NCBI GenBank assembly: GCA_965198265.1
Contig: CBDAPB010000026.1
Span: 61,614-125,613, forward strand
Direction of reading: 5' to 3'
Length of the DNA: 64,000 nt
Source of the DNA: Terriglobia bacterium
Lineage (GTDB): Bacteria > Acidobacteriota > Terriglobia > 20CM-2-55-15
Shown: piece after piece, positions 45,908-56,715 of the stretch
Layout: every line of letters begins with the position of its first letter
Position numbering within the stretch: position 1 is the first letter of the stretch
The notes under the pieces: model-generated
What the model was told of the DNA's origin: nothing
What the model saw: the letters and a program-made list of their open reading frames with translations, nothing else
Database searches by the model: none
Translations under genes and position numbers: made by a program

Positions 45908-47050
45908 ATGGAGTTCAGCCAGTCGGAGGAGCTGCAAGAGATTCGGCGGACAGTCCGGGAGTTCGCCGAGAACGAAATTCGTCCGCACATGATGGAGTGG
46001 GATGAGAAGCAGATCTTCCCCCGAGAAGTGCTCGACAAACTCGGAGAACTCGGGTTTCTGGGCGTCCTCATCCCGACCGAATACGGCGGAACCGGGCTCG
46101 GATACCAGGAATACATTGCCATCGTTGAGGAACTGTCGCGAGTGGACGGTTCCGTCGGTATTTCCGTGGCTGCCCACAACTCGCTGTGCACCGGACACAT
46201 CTTCCTCGCAGGAACGGAAGATCAACGCACCAGATTCGTCATACCGCTGGCGAAAGGTGAGAAGCTTGGGGCATGGAGCCTGACCGAGCCTGAAGCCGGC
46301 AGCGACGCCGGTGGCACACAGACCGTGGCGATGAAGGACGGCGATTCTTGGATCCTGAAGGGGCAGAAGACATTCACGACCCACGGTACTTACGGTGAAG
46401 TCTGTATCGCCATGGCAGTGACGGATCCGACGAAGGGGCACGACGGGATTTCCGCCTTCATCATCGAGAAGGGAACGCCTGGCTTTCATCCCGGCCATAA
46501 GGAAAACAAGCTCGGTCTCCGAGCCAGCGATACCTCGACCGTCATCTTCGAAGACTGTCGGATACCGGCCGAGAACCTCCTGGGTGAGGAAGGCAGCGGT
46601 TTCCGTGATTCCATGAAAGTGCTCGACGGCGGGCGGATCTCGATCGCGGCGTTGGCCGTCGGCATGGCTCAGGGAGCCTATGAAGCAGCGCTCAGCTACT
46701 CCAAAGAACGCAAGCAGTTCGGCAAGTCCATTTCTGAATTCCAGGCCATCCAGTTCAAACTTGCAGACATGGCGACGGAAATCGACGCCGCGCGCCTCCT
46801 AATGTACCGGGCGGCATGGATGAAAGACAACGGCATGACGACGACCCTGGAGTCGTCGATGGCCAAGCTCTACGCAGGCGAAGTGGGAGTCCGCGTCGCC
46901 AACGAGAGTGTCCAGATCCACGGCGGCTACGGCTATATCAAGGACTATCCTGCTGAGAAGTTCTACAGGGACGTCAAGCTCTGCACGATCGGTGAAGGCA
47001 CGAGCGAAATCCAGCGCATGGTGATCGCCAGACAGATCCTGCGGGATTAG
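45908..47050 (+). CDS. short/branched-chain acyl-CoA dehydrogenase
   Basis: Full-length ACAD pattern (GSDAGGTQT..., [34 protein letters not shown]). Confidence 0.9.
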   Translation: MEFSQSEELQEIRRTVREFAENEIRPHMMEWDEKQIFPREVLDKLGELGFLGVLIPTEYGGTGLGYQEYIAIVEELSRVDGSVGISVAAHNSLCTGHIFLAGTEDQRTRFVIPLAKGEKLGAWSLTEPEAGSDAGGTQTVAMKDGDSWILKGQKTFTTHGTYGEVCIAMAVTDPTKGHDGISAFIIEKGTPGFHPGHKENKLGLRASDTSTVIFEDCRIPAENLLGEEGSGFRDSMKVLDGGRISIAALAVGMAQGAYEAALSYSKERKQFGKSISEFQAIQFKLADMATEIDAARLLMYRAAWMKDNGMTTTLESSMAKLYAGEVGVRVANESVQIHGGYGYIKDYPAEKFYRDVKLCTIGEGTSEIQRMVIARQILRD

Positions 47051-47054
47051 CGCC

Positions 47055-47329
47055 TAGCAGCCCGTGGCAGAAGTCTGATGGTTCGCGCGCACGGGTCTTG
47101 CGAGGCGGAGACGAGGCGCGAGGAGGAACTGATGCGGTTTCATCATGACGACGAGTAACAAAGTATCCGACCGCAACCCCCGTGCGCCCGGAGGGTTACG
47201 GCGGCGTCACACCATCTGCGTTGTTGCCACACCTCAACGATGTACCCGCATCGCAGTCGGCGCGGCGCCTAGCATCTGGCGCAACGCCGCCGTAACGCGA
47301 GCCATCAGACTTCTGCCACGGGCTGCTAG
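47055..47329 (+). mobile_element. MITE-B copy 1 (same core as MITE-A, different termini)
   Basis: TIR tagcagcccgtggcagaagtctgatggttcgcg ... cgagccatcagacttctgccacgggctgctag. Core gaggaggaactgatgcggtttcatcatgacgacgag... TA flanks; the left TA is part of the acyl-CoA dehydrogenase stop codon. Confidence 0.85.
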
Positions 47330-47352
47330 CTCCCACCAACTTCAGCGACCCT

Positions 47353-48318
47353 ATGAATGACCTCTTAGAACGTTTCTCGAAACGTGATGTACGAGCGCTG
47401 GCAAGGGTCATTACAACAGTCGAGAACCGCGCTGACGGCAGCCTCGCACTGTTGCAGAAAATTTTCCCGCAGAGCGGCAGGGCCCGGATCCTCGGCGTGA
47501 CAGGCAGCCCGGGTTCGGGCAAGAGCACTCTGGTCGACAAACTGGCCCTTTCCTACCGTCAGGCGGGCGAGCCGGTCGGGATCGTCGCGGTCGATCCCAG
47601 CAGCCCGTACACGGGTGGCGCCATTCTCGGCGACAGGATCCGGATGCACGCGCTGGAGAAGGATCCCGGAGTGTACATCCGCAGCATGGCCACGCGGGGG
47701 AACCTAGGGGGATTGGCCGCGGCGACGACCGACGTTGTGACTGTCCTGGACGCTGCAGGCAAGGACCCCGTGATCGTTGAAACCGTAGGGGTCGGTCAGG
47801 ATGAAGTCGACATCGTGAAACTCGCTGATGTGTCGATCGTGGTGCTCGTCCCGGGCATGGGCGACGACATCCAGGCCTTGAAGGCGGGAATCATGGAGAT
47901 CGGCGATATTTTCGTCATCAACAAGTGCGACCGACCGGGCGTAGAGAAGATGGAGCGGGCGATTCAGGCGATGCTGTCGCTGGCGCCACACACGAGGGAT
48001 TGGGAGCCGCCAATTGTGCGGGTGACGGCAACGGATGGCGACGGGATCGAGGAGTTGTCGCGCACGATCGCGGATTGCCATCGCGTCTTCCAGAGCCAGC
48101 CGGTCGAGGCGGAACGTCGACGTCAGGCCACGCGGGACCGTCTGGTCAAGTTGATGCAAGAGAGACTCGTCGGAAGGGTGATGGAGAGCGCCTTCCCAGG
48201 GGATGAGCTCGAGCGAGTCGTCGATGCCATTTCCAGGCGCGAGACCGATCCATACTCGGTTGTCGAGGAATTGATCGAACGTCTGAGCTTTGAAGGTCGC
48301 GAGGGGGCCCAGTCATGA
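47353..48318 (+). CDS. meaB: methylmalonyl-CoA mutase-associated GTPase MeaB/ArgK
   Basis: P-loop (GVTGSPGSGKSTLVDKL), DVVTVLDAAGKDPVIVETVGVGQ, and NKCD motifs. Confidence 0.85.
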   Translation: MNDLLERFSKRDVRALARVITTVENRADGSLALLQKIFPQSGRARILGVTGSPGSGKSTLVDKLALSYRQAGEPVGIVAVDPSSPYTGGAILGDRIRMHALEKDPGVYIRSMATRGNLGGLAAATTDVVTVLDAAGKDPVIVETVGVGQDEVDIVKLADVSIVVLVPGMGDDIQALKAGIMEIGDIFVINKCDRPGVEKMERAIQAMLSLAPHTRDWEPPIVRVTATDGDGIEELSRTIADCHRVFQSQPVEAERRRQATRDRLVKLMQERLVGRVMESAFPGDELERVVDAISRRETDPYSVVEELIERLSFEGREGAQS

Positions 48319-48713
48319 TCATCGAACACATCGGAATCGCGGTCAGGTCGCTCGAAGAGGCGACGAAAACATACGAAGAGTGTTTGGGCTTGGAACTCGA
48401 GGGACTCGACCACGTGGAAGACCAGGGTGTGCGGGTCGCCATGCTTCCGATCGGAGAGAGCCGCATCGAGCTGTTGGAGCCGGTCACGGCGGAGTCGCCG
48501 ATCGAGAAGTTCCTGGCCAAACGCGGTCCCGGAATCCATCACATCGCGGTACGGGTCGACGACATCGAGGAATCTCTCGCAAGGATGAAGGCCGCGGGTG
48601 CGCGGTTGATCGACGAATCGCCGCGCGCCGGTGCCCACAACACTCGGGTTGCATTCGTGCATCCGTCGTCCACCCACGGAGTGCTGTTGGAGCTAGTCGA
48701 ACATGGCGAATGA
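48315..48713 (+). CDS. mce: methylmalonyl-CoA epimerase (VOC/glyoxalase family)
   Basis: [14 protein letters not shown]...[15 protein letters not shown] pattern; operon with meaB. Confidence 0.8.
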   Translation: MIIEHIGIAVRSLEEATKTYEECLGLELEGLDHVEDQGVRVAMLPIGESRIELLEPVTAESPIEKFLAKRGPGIHHIAVRVDDIEESLARMKAAGARLIDESPRAGAHNTRVAFVHPSSTHGVLLELVEHGE

Positions 48714-49578
48714 AATCAAGATCGGCATCATCGGAGGCAGCGGCCTCTACGAAATGGACGGGCTGACCGACATTCAGGAAATGTCTGTCGAAACGCCATT
48801 CGGCTCTCCGTCAGACGCCTACCGCGTCGGTACTCTGGAGGACCGCCGGGTGGCCTTTCTCGCCCGGCACGGACGCGGCCACACGATCATGCCTTCGGAG
48901 CTGAACTTCAGGGCCAACATCTACGGCTTCAAGAAACTCGGCGTGGAGCGCATCCTTTCCGCAAGCGCAGTCGGTTCCCTCAAAGAGGAACATGCCCCCC
49001 TGGACATCCTGCTTCCCGACCAGTTTTTCGACCGGACCCGGACCAGAGTTTCGACTTTCTTCGGAGACGGGCTGGTCGCACACGTCAGTTTCGGGGATCC
49101 GATCTGTCCGGACCTGGCCGACGTCATCGAGAGCGCGGCCGCGGATGCCGACATTTCGATCCACCGCGGAGGGACCTACATCTGTATGGAAGGCCCGCAA
49201 TTTTCGACCAAGGCGGAATCGTACACATACCGCAGTTGGGGCATGGATGTCATCGGCATGACGAACCTACAGGAAGCCAAGCTCGCCAGGGAGGCTGAAA
49301 TCTGCTACACGACGATGGCACTGGTAACCGATTATGACTGCTGGCATCCGGATCACGATTCGGTGACCGTCAGTGAAATCATCGAGAACCTCCAGAAGAA
49401 CAGCGTCAACGCGCAAAAGATCATTCGTGCCGCCGTCCCTCGTCTACCCGGGAGTCGGGATTGCGCTTGCAAGGACGCTCTCAAGTACGCCGTGATCACG
49501 GATCCGGCGAAGATACCGGCAGAGACGCGGAAGCGCCTGGACCTGCTGGTGGGGAAGTATTTGGGAAGTAGTCAGTAG
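48703..49578 (+). CDS. mtnP: S-methyl-5'-thioadenosine phosphorylase
   Basis: PNP/MTAP family ([10 protein letters not shown]...ARHGRGH...[18 protein letters not shown]). Confidence 0.85.
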   Translation: MANEIKIGIIGGSGLYEMDGLTDIQEMSVETPFGSPSDAYRVGTLEDRRVAFLARHGRGHTIMPSELNFRANIYGFKKLGVERILSASAVGSLKEEHAPLDILLPDQFFDRTRTRVSTFFGDGLVAHVSFGDPICPDLADVIESAAADADISIHRGGTYICMEGPQFSTKAESYTYRSWGMDVIGMTNLQEAKLAREAEICYTTMALVTDYDCWHPDHDSVTVSEIIENLQKNSVNAQKIIRAAVPRLPGSRDCACKDALKYAVITDPAKIPAETRKRLDLLVGKYLGSSQ

Positions 49579-49640
49579 TCAGTTGGGGTGTGCGAACTGC
49601 AAACTGATAACTAACTGACTACCGACTACTGACTACTGAT
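49567..49640. repeat. AGTAGTC / GACTACT heptamer-array hairpin
   Basis: agtagtcagtagtcagtt ... aactgactaccgactactgactactg, about 27 bp apart. Confidence 0.75.
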
Positions 49641-49650
49641 AACTAAGATC

Positions 49651-50601
49651 ATGTCCGTCTTGTTTAACGAATCGAGCGAGCTCCGATCCGGCTGGAAGTT
49701 TGCCATCTATCTCTTGATCTTCGGCCTCTTGCTGTTCGCCGCGGGCGCCTTGATCTCGGCCCTACTGGATCCTTCCTTGGCCGAGAGCGAGGTCGGCTTG
49801 CTGGGTCTCAATGCGATCGCGCTGCTGATCCCGGCCGTCGGCGCCTTGCTGTTCATGGTTCGCTTTGTCGATCGCATCCCGGTTTCCACGTACGGCGTCG
49901 CGATGCATGAGAAGTGGGGGCGGGATCTCGTGCTGGGTCTACTGATTGCGCTGGCAATGTTGCTGCTCTTCGACCTCGTTGGCGCCGTAGTCGAAAACCT
50001 CAGCATAGAAACCGCTGTACATGGTGACGGCTTCTGGTTGAACTTCCTGCTCATCCTCGCAATGCTCGGCGTTTCCGCCGCCAACGAAGAACTCGTTTTC
50101 AGGGGTTACCCCTTGCAGGTATTGATGGCCGGTATCGGCGCGTGGCCGGCAATGATTCTTCTGTCGGGGCTTTTCGGCTTGCTGCACCACTTGAACCCGG
50201 GGGCGACGTGGCTGGGGACGACGAACACGTTTCTGGCCGGGATACTCCTGTCGGTGGCGTACCTGCGGACCCGATCGCTCTGGTTTCCCTTCGGCATTCA
50301 CATCGGCTGGAACGTAGCGATCGGACCTGTTTCGGGGTATGCCGTCTCGGGCATCCAGATCAGTTCCATCTGGACGACCGAAATGTCGGGAGCGGACTGG
50401 TTTACCGGGGGTGCGTACGGACCGGAGGGAGGCGCCCTCGGTTCCGTGGTCATGATAGCCGCGATCGGCACGGTGCTCGCCACCCGGAGGGTCGAAATCA
50501 GCCCGACTCTCCGCAGACTTCTACAGGATCATTCGAAAAAGGTGTATGCGAAGGACATCGTGGGTTCCGCCCGGAACATTGTCGAACCGTCGCCATCATG
50601 A
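49651..50601 (+). CDS. CPBP family intramembrane glutamic endopeptidase (CAAX protease/Abi)
   Basis: EELVFRGY...LSGLFGLLHH...FGIHIGWN motifs 1-3 and multiple TM helices. Confidence 0.75.
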   Translation: MSVLFNESSELRSGWKFAIYLLIFGLLLFAAGALISALLDPSLAESEVGLLGLNAIALLIPAVGALLFMVRFVDRIPVSTYGVAMHEKWGRDLVLGLLIALAMLLLFDLVGAVVENLSIETAVHGDGFWLNFLLILAMLGVSAANEELVFRGYPLQVLMAGIGAWPAMILLSGLFGLLHHLNPGATWLGTTNTFLAGILLSVAYLRTRSLWFPFGIHIGWNVAIGPVSGYAVSGIQISSIWTTEMSGADWFTGGAYGPEGGALGSVVMIAAIGTVLATRRVEISPTLRRLLQDHSKKVYAKDIVGSARNIVEPSPS

Positions 50602-50638
50602 TTAGTACGCATTCTTCTCAAGGGTTGCAGGGAGCGCG

Positions 50639-51553
50639 ATGAAATCCTCGATACTGGTTGTCGGTTCTGTGGCGCTGGATTCGGTGAAGACACCCTTCGG
50701 CGAAGTGGACGACGCGCTGGGCGGATCGGCAACCTATTTTTCTGTAGCCGCCAGCTTCTTCTCCCCGGTCCGAGTCGTCGCGGTCGTCGGAGATGATTTC
50801 AGCGATGACCACTCCGCGATCTTCAAGCGCCATAACATCGACACCGACGGTCTGGTGCGGGCCGACGGGCGAACCTTCCGCTGGAAGGGGGAGTACAGCT
50901 ACGATCTCAACGAGGCGCGAACACTCGACACACAACTCAACGTCTTCGAGGCGTTCAAACCTGAGATACCAAAATCCTACAGGGGTTCGGAGTACGTCTT
51001 TCTGGGCAACATCGACCCCGAACTCCAATCCCAGGTTCTGGAACAAATCGAACACCCGAAAGTTGTCGCCTGCGACACGATGAATTTCTGGATTGACGGC
51101 AAGCTGGACGAACTGAAGCGCACTCTCGGCAAGGTCGACATCCTCATCATCAATGACGGAGAGGCTCGTATGCTCGCCGGGGAGGCCAACCTCGTGCGGG
51201 CGGCGGGTAAGATAATGGCAATGGGCCCGAAAATCCTGATCGTGAAACGCGGGGAGTACGGAGTGCTGATGTTTAACGAAGGTTCGGTCTTCGGAGCGCC
51301 GGCCTTCCCGCTGGAGGAAGTCTACGATCCGACCGGGGCGGGAGATTCATTCGCTGGAGGGTTCATAGGCTATCTCGCCGAGTCCGGAGAACTGACCGAC
51401 GAGGTGTTCCGCCGATCGATCATATTCGGCTCGGTTATGGCTTCGTTCAACGTGGAACAGTTCAGTCTCGACGGTCTATCCAAGCTGACGCGCACCGACA
51501 TCGATTCGCGCTTCAGACAGTTCAAGAAGCTGACACACTTCGAAACACTCTAG
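50639..51553 (+). CDS. PfkB family carbohydrate kinase
   Basis: N-terminal GG motif region and C-terminal DPTGAGDSFAGGF. The TAG stop is the first three bases of the MITE-B terminus. Confidence 0.8.
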   Translation: MKSSILVVGSVALDSVKTPFGEVDDALGGSATYFSVAASFFSPVRVVAVVGDDFSDDHSAIFKRHNIDTDGLVRADGRTFRWKGEYSYDLNEARTLDTQLNVFEAFKPEIPKSYRGSEYVFLGNIDPELQSQVLEQIEHPKVVACDTMNFWIDGKLDELKRTLGKVDILIINDGEARMLAGEANLVRAAGKIMAMGPKILIVKRGEYGVLMFNEGSVFGAPAFPLEEVYDPTGAGDSFAGGFIGYLAESGELTDEVFRRSIIFGSVMASFNVEQFSLDGLSKLTRTDIDSRFRQFKKLTHFETL

Positions 51554-51824
51554 CAGCCCGTGGCAGAAGTCTGATGGTTCGCGCGCACGGGTCTTGCGAG
51601 GCGGAGACGAGGCGCGAGGAGGAACTGATGCGGTTTCATCATGACGACGAGCAACAAAGTATCCGACCGCAACCCCCGTGCGCCCGGAGGGTTACGGCGG
51701 CGTCACACCATCTGGGTTGTTGCCGCACCTCAACGATGTACCAGCATCGCAGTCGGCGCGGCGCCTACCATCTGGCGCAACGCCGCCGTAACGCGAGCCA
51801 TCAGACTTCTGCCACGGGCTGCTA
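51551..51824 (+). mobile_element. MITE-B copy 2
   Basis: Near-identical to 47055-47329. Lies between the PfkB stop and the dapF start (ATG 4 nt after the element). Confidence 0.85.
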
Positions 51825-51827
51825 ACC

Positions 51828-52649
51828 ATGATCCCTTTCGTAAAGACAAACGCGCTGGGCAACGACTTCATCCTGATCGCGGACACCGACGTGACCGGCG
51901 ACGCTCCCAAGCTGGCGACTCGGATATGCGATCGCCACTTCGGCGTCGGCGCAGACGGGCTGATCGTATGGAAGCCGGGCAACGAAGGCGCTGAGATTCG
52001 GATCTTCAACATGGACGGCAGCGAGGCGGAGTGCTCCGGGAACGGCCTGCGATGCGTAGCAGCCTACCTGATGGACCTGGAGCGGTTCGACAGCGAGCAG
52101 ATCGAACTCAGGACGGTTTCAGGCAGTTACCCGATTCGACGGGTCGGCGCAGGGTTCGAAACGGCCATGGGCGAACCCGGGTTGAAGCCCGAGGAGATAC
52201 CGTTCACGGACGCAGATGGGCTCGAATGCATCGTCGATTACGCCCTGGAGGTCGACGGCAGCCCGGTTCGCATCACTGCGTGCTCGACGGGCAATCCACA
52301 CTGTTCCCTGTTTGTCGACTCGATCGAAGCCGGCATGATCGAGAACCTGGGGCCGAAGCTGGAGAATCATCCGGCCTTCCCGAACCGGACGAACGTGGAG
52401 TTCGTGCACGTACGAAACCGGCGTGAAATCGAAGTCGCGTTCTGGGAACGGGGGGTCGGTCTGACTTTCGCATCCGGAACAGGATCGTGCGGCGCGACCG
52501 TGGCCTCGATCTTGAACGGCAGGACCGAACGGCAGGTCCGGGTCCACACCCGAGCAGGAAAGCTCGACGTGGAGTGGGCCGAAGACGGCAAACTGAAGCT
52601 CACTTCGACGGCGGAAGTCGTCGCCGAAGGCCGGTACATGGATTCCTGA
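51828..52649 (+). CDS. dapF: diaminopimelate epimerase
   Basis: NALGNDF..., SGNGLRC, and GNPHC catalytic cysteine motifs. Confidence 0.9.
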   Translation: MIPFVKTNALGNDFILIADTDVTGDAPKLATRICDRHFGVGADGLIVWKPGNEGAEIRIFNMDGSEAECSGNGLRCVAAYLMDLERFDSEQIELRTVSGSYPIRRVGAGFETAMGEPGLKPEEIPFTDADGLECIVDYALEVDGSPVRITACSTGNPHCSLFVDSIEAGMIENLGPKLENHPAFPNRTNVEFVHVRNRREIEVAFWERGVGLTFASGTGSCGATVASILNGRTERQVRVHTRAGKLDVEWAEDGKLKLTSTAEVVAEGRYMDS

Positions 52650-52660
52650 ACGAACTCGCT

Positions 52661-53638
52661 ATGAAACAGCTTCTTGACGTGATCATCATCGGAGCCGGTC
52701 CAACCGGCCTCGCCGCGGGGATCGAGGCGCAGAGATACGGTCTCGATTACTTGATCATCGAGAAAGGCTGTGTCACCAACTCGATCTTCCACTTCCCGAT
52801 CCAGATGGTGTTCTTCACCACTCCCGAACGGCTGGAAATCGGAAACATGCCTCTGGTTTGCGAACGGGAGAAGCCGAACCGCAACGAGGCACTCAAGTAC
52901 TACAGGAAAGTGGTCGAGGCCATCGGCCTGGCGGTTCACCAGTACGAGGAGGTCCGAAACGTGGGGCGCGAGGGCCAAACGTTCGTAGTCGAGATCTCTG
53001 GCGCCAACTATAAGGCCCGGACCCTCGTCCTCGCGACCGGATACTACGACAACCCGAACTCCCTGGAGATTCCCGGTGAGGATCTCCCTCATGTGTCGCA
53101 CTACTACACCGAGGCCCATCCTTTCTTCGATCGGGACGTCGTCGTCATCGGCGGGAAGAACTCGGCCGCCGAGGCCGCACTCGAGCTCTTCCGAACCGGT
53201 GCCCGAGTGACGCTGATCCACCGGGGAAGCGAACTGGGGGCGTCGGTCAAGTATTGGGTCCGGCCGGACATGCAGAATCGGATCGACCGCAAGGAGATTC
53301 AAGCGTATTTCGACACAACGGTGGAGCAGATCCTGCCAGACCGGGTTCGGGCCCGGAGGAATTCACACACGTTTGAGATCCCGGCGCAGCAGGTATTCGC
53401 CCTGACCGGCTACCGCCCCTCCACCAAGTTCTTCACCCAGCTCGGTGTTCACTACGACTCGGAGATACTGGAACCCGAGTACGATCCCGACACCTACGAA
53501 ACGAACGTGCCCGGTGTCTTTCTGGCCGGGTCGATAGTGGCGGGAACGAAGAACCGCGAGATATTCATCGAGAACGGGCGCTTCCACGGGGAAATCGTCA
53601 TGAAGACGATCGCGGAACGCCTCGGCAAACTTGGCTAG
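52661..53638 (+). CDS. YpdA-family FAD/NAD(P)-dependent disulfide oxidoreductase (bacillithiol-disulfide-reductase-like)
   Basis: GAGPTGL Rossmann motif, IIEKGCVTNSIFHFPIQMVFFTTPERLEIG, and C-terminal FAD motifs. Start trimmed to MKQLLDV. Confidence 0.65.
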   Translation: MKQLLDVIIIGAGPTGLAAGIEAQRYGLDYLIIEKGCVTNSIFHFPIQMVFFTTPERLEIGNMPLVCEREKPNRNEALKYYRKVVEAIGLAVHQYEEVRNVGREGQTFVVEISGANYKARTLVLATGYYDNPNSLEIPGEDLPHVSHYYTEAHPFFDRDVVVIGGKNSAAEAALELFRTGARVTLIHRGSELGASVKYWVRPDMQNRIDRKEIQAYFDTTVEQILPDRVRARRNSHTFEIPAQQVFALTGYRPSTKFFTQLGVHYDSEILEPEYDPDTYETNVPGVFLAGSIVAGTKNREIFIENGRFHGEIVMKTIAERLGKLG

Positions 53639-53680
53639 CTAGCCTGACCCGACATATCGTCACACCGACACGATTCGTGT

Positions 53681-53754
53681 TCACCGCAAAGGCGCAAAGA
53701 CGCAAAGGGAGAAAGAAATATCAATTCTTTCCGACCTTTGCGCCTTTGCGGTGA
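53681..53754. repeat. Family-1 hairpin element (short form) between convergent genes
   Basis: tcaccgcaaaggcgcaaagacgcaaaggg ... cctttgcgcctttgcggtga. Confidence 0.8.
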
Positions 53755-53812
53755 AAACAAAAGGGCGGCCCGCTGGCCGCCCTTCTTTCGTCGATTGAAA
53801 TGTTGAATCGGG

Positions 53813-54205
53813 TTAGTCGCCGGCGACGCCTTCGTAGGCCTCGACCGCCTCATCGTACTTATCGTGGAGCTGGATGCCGAAGTATTCTTCGACTTGGGGC
53901 GTCGGATACATCGCGATGGCATCCCAGGCCATCCGTTCGCAGACGTTGACACATATCACGCAGCCGATGCACTCGTCGAAGCGGACCTGCACGGGCTCCA
54001 TGATGACGCCTACGTTGTCGGAGTTGTCGCGCGGAACGTGCTCAATACAATCCACCGGGCAGAACGGGATACAGGCTTCACAGCCGGTACAGTTGTCCGG
54101 GTTGACCACGGCGAGCATCTTGGGCTTCTTTTTCTTCCGCGTGATCTTCGACGGAGCTTCCGGGATGATTAAAGTCGGATTCGCCTTCTTCTTATTGACG
54201 GCCAT
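53813..54205 (-). CDS. 4Fe-4S dicluster ferredoxin-like protein
   Basis: CTGCEACIPFCP and CIGCVICVNVCE cluster motifs, with an N-terminal K-rich leader. Confidence 0.75.
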   Translation of the reverse strand: MAVNKKKANPTLIIPEAPSKITRKKKKPKMLAVVNPDNCTGCEACIPFCPVDCIEHVPRDNSDNVGVIMEPVQVRFDECIGCVICVNVCERMAWDAIAMYPTPQVEEYFGIQLHDKYDEAVEAYEGVAGD

Positions 54206-55403
54206 CTATCAAGTCCTTCAGTCGATTAAGCCCCATTGTATCCCGAAAACCGATGATGCGCTCGACAGCTTCCCCGATTTGACTATTCGGTGTGGATGCC
54301 CCTGACGTCAATCCGATCGTCTGAGGTCCATCGGCGAGCCAGCCGCGAGTCGATGTCTCCTCCATCCGCCCCAGGACTTTGTGCCGAATCTCACCGACGT
54401 TGAGGATCGAACGGGCGTCCTCGATGTGGAAAACGCGCGTAAACTCCGCAGCGATCCGGGCCAGATTGTTGGTGTTTGAGCTGTTGTAGCCACCGATCAC
54501 GATCATCAGGTCAATCGGTTCTCTGCGGAGCGCTTTCATTGCGTCCTGCCGATCCTGCGTCGCGCTACAGATCGTGTCGAAGGCAATGTAGCGCTGATCC
54601 AGCCCGTTCTTACCATGTTTACGGACCAGCGCAAGGCGCAACATCTCGGCAATCTCGAGCGATTCGGAACTCAGCATTGTCGTCTGATTGGCCAGTCCGA
54701 CACGCTCCAGATGGTGGTCCGGATCAAACCCGTCCGATGCAGCCTTCCGAAACTTGTCGAGGAATCCCTTCCGACTACCGCCTCGCTCGATGTAGTCGCA
54801 GACGTCGGCGGCCTCGTCTTTGTTTCGCACGATCAGGTAATGGGCACCGGGATGCAAGGAGGTCCGGGAAAACGTCGCACGCGTCTCTTCGTGCTCGAAC
54901 TTTCCATGGATGATCGACGTGATCCCGTCGGCCGCGTAACGCTCGACGTTCTTCCAGACGTTGAGAACTGAACCGCAGGTGGTGTCGACGACGACACAAC
55001 CTTTTTCGGCAAGCACATCCAACTCCCTGCCGGGGACTCCGAAGGCGGGCACGATGACGACGTCTTCGGAAGTTACAGGACCGTACTTGTCCGGATCAGT
55101 CAAGAACTCGATTCCGGACTGTTTCAGTTCGTTGTTTACGAAAGGATTATGGATGATCTCGCCGGTCAGAAAGATGCGGCGGTTGGGAAACTTGGCAACC
55201 GTTTCGTAGGCGTATTCGACGGCCCGCTCGACGCCGTAACAGAACCCGAATTCGTTCGCCAGGCGGAACGTCAGGTCACCGACCTCGAGCCGGGACCCCT
55301 GGGCTCTCATCAGGTCGACGATCTGGCTGCGGTAGTTTTCCTGGAGTTGAGGACGGACCTGAGAACGTAGTCCAAACCCCTTTTGGAAGTACGTCTGGCC
55401 CAT
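54192..55403 (-). CDS. ispH: 4-hydroxy-3-methylbut-2-enyl diphosphate reductase
   Basis: LytB/IspH signatures (GFCYGVERAV, NTTC, SSNT). Confidence 0.9.
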   Translation of the reverse strand: MGQTYFQKGFGLRSQVRPQLQENYRSQIVDLMRAQGSRLEVGDLTFRLANEFGFCYGVERAVEYAYETVAKFPNRRIFLTGEIIHNPFVNNELKQSGIEFLTDPDKYGPVTSEDVVIVPAFGVPGRELDVLAEKGCVVVDTTCGSVLNVWKNVERYAADGITSIIHGKFEHEETRATFSRTSLHPGAHYLIVRNKDEAADVCDYIERGGSRKGFLDKFRKAASDGFDPDHHLERVGLANQTTMLSSESLEIAEMLRLALVRKHGKNGLDQRYIAFDTICSATQDRQDAMKALRREPIDLMIVIGGYNSSNTNNLARIAAEFTRVFHIEDARSILNVGEIRHKVLGRMEETSTRGWLADGPQTIGLTSGASTPNSQIGEAVERIIGFRDTMGLNRLKDLIDGRQ

Positions 55404-55496
55404 AAGTCAACGATTGTAACACACCACCGATTGTGCTAATTTCGGGCTTCTCCTGCCTTTGAGGAGCCCCGTTTATAAGGTTCGAGGGACCCCAGT

Positions 55497-56489
55497 TTGG
55501 CGAAGAAACACGCTGCGATCACAGCCGTCTCACACTTCCTGCCCGAACGCCGACTCACCAATCAGGATCTGGAAAAGATGGTCGACACGACCGACCAGTG
55601 GATCCTGGATCGGACCGGTATCAGCGAGCGACGAATCGTCGCAAAAGGACAGGCAACCAGCGACCTGGCCGCGGGAGCCGCTGACCAGATTCTCGCCGAC
55701 CGGGGGATCGGGCCCGAAGAAATCGATCTGATCATCGTAGCGACGGTGACGCCGGACATGTTCTTTCCGTCCACGGCCTGCGTCATGCAGGAAAAGATCG
55801 GCGCGACCAACGCCTGGGGCTTCGATCTTCTCGGGGCTTGTTCCGGCTTTCTCTATGCGCTGGCAACCGGCGCGCAGTTCATCGCGAACGGCAGCCACGA
55901 GAAGGTGCTGATCGTGGGCGCCGACGTCATGAGCTCGATCATCGACTTCGAGGACCGGGCAACCTGTGTGCTCTTTGGCGACGGTGCCGGTGCTGTGCTG
56001 CTGGAACCGTCCGATAGCCCCAACGGAGTGCTCGACTGGATTCTACGGAGCGACGGCAGCGGCGGACAGTTTCTCTACATGCCCGGCGGGGGGAGCCTGA
56101 ACCCGTCGACCACCGAAACGGTCGGTAAGAAAATGCACTACGTCCACCAGAACGGACGGAACGTGTTCAAGTATGCGGTAAAGGGCATGGTCGAAGTCTC
56201 ACAGGCAATCCTCGAACGGAACAACCTGAAGATGGCCGACCTGAAGCTGTATGTCCCGCACCAGGCCAACCTCCGAATCATCAAGTCCGCCGCGGACAAA
56301 CTACAACTGGACGAATCGCAGGTGGCGATCAACATCGACCGGTATGCGAACACGACCGCCGGGACCATACCGATCTGTCTGTCCGAAGCCGTTGACGACG
56401 GCCTTGTCCTGGACGGCGACATACTTTTGCTGGCGAGCTTCGGCGCTGGATTTACCTGGGGCAGTTTGCTCCTCCGCTGGGGGGCTTGA
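55497..56489 (+). CDS. fabH: 3-oxoacyl-ACP synthase III
   Basis: Full-length FabH sequence with catalytic Cys ([10 protein letters not shown]) and the HQAN/ANTTA motifs. Confidence 0.9.
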   Translation: MAKKHAAITAVSHFLPERRLTNQDLEKMVDTTDQWILDRTGISERRIVAKGQATSDLAAGAADQILADRGIGPEEIDLIIVATVTPDMFFPSTACVMQEKIGATNAWGFDLLGACSGFLYALATGAQFIANGSHEKVLIVGADVMSSIIDFEDRATCVLFGDGAGAVLLEPSDSPNGVLDWILRSDGSGGQFLYMPGGGSLNPSTTETVGKKMHYVHQNGRNVFKYAVKGMVEVSQAILERNNLKMADLKLYVPHQANLRIIKSAADKLQLDESQVAINIDRYANTTAGTIPICLSEAVDDGLVLDGDILLLASFGAGFTWGSLLLRWGA

Positions 56490-56715
56490 TAGGCTATCAG
56501 CCGTCAGCGATCAGCTGCCAGCTCAATAGGATGGGACTATCGTCCCGTTTAGGAAGTAGCTGACGGTTGAACGCTGAGGGCGCGCTTGATCCCCTCAGTC
56601 CGAGAGATCCTCAAACATAAGGATCAAGCGCCTAAAGTAATTTCGGAGAAAAACCGAAAAAACATCCTAGTGACGTATTTTTGACAGGCGTGTCAAATCT
56701 ATTGGTATGTAAGGC

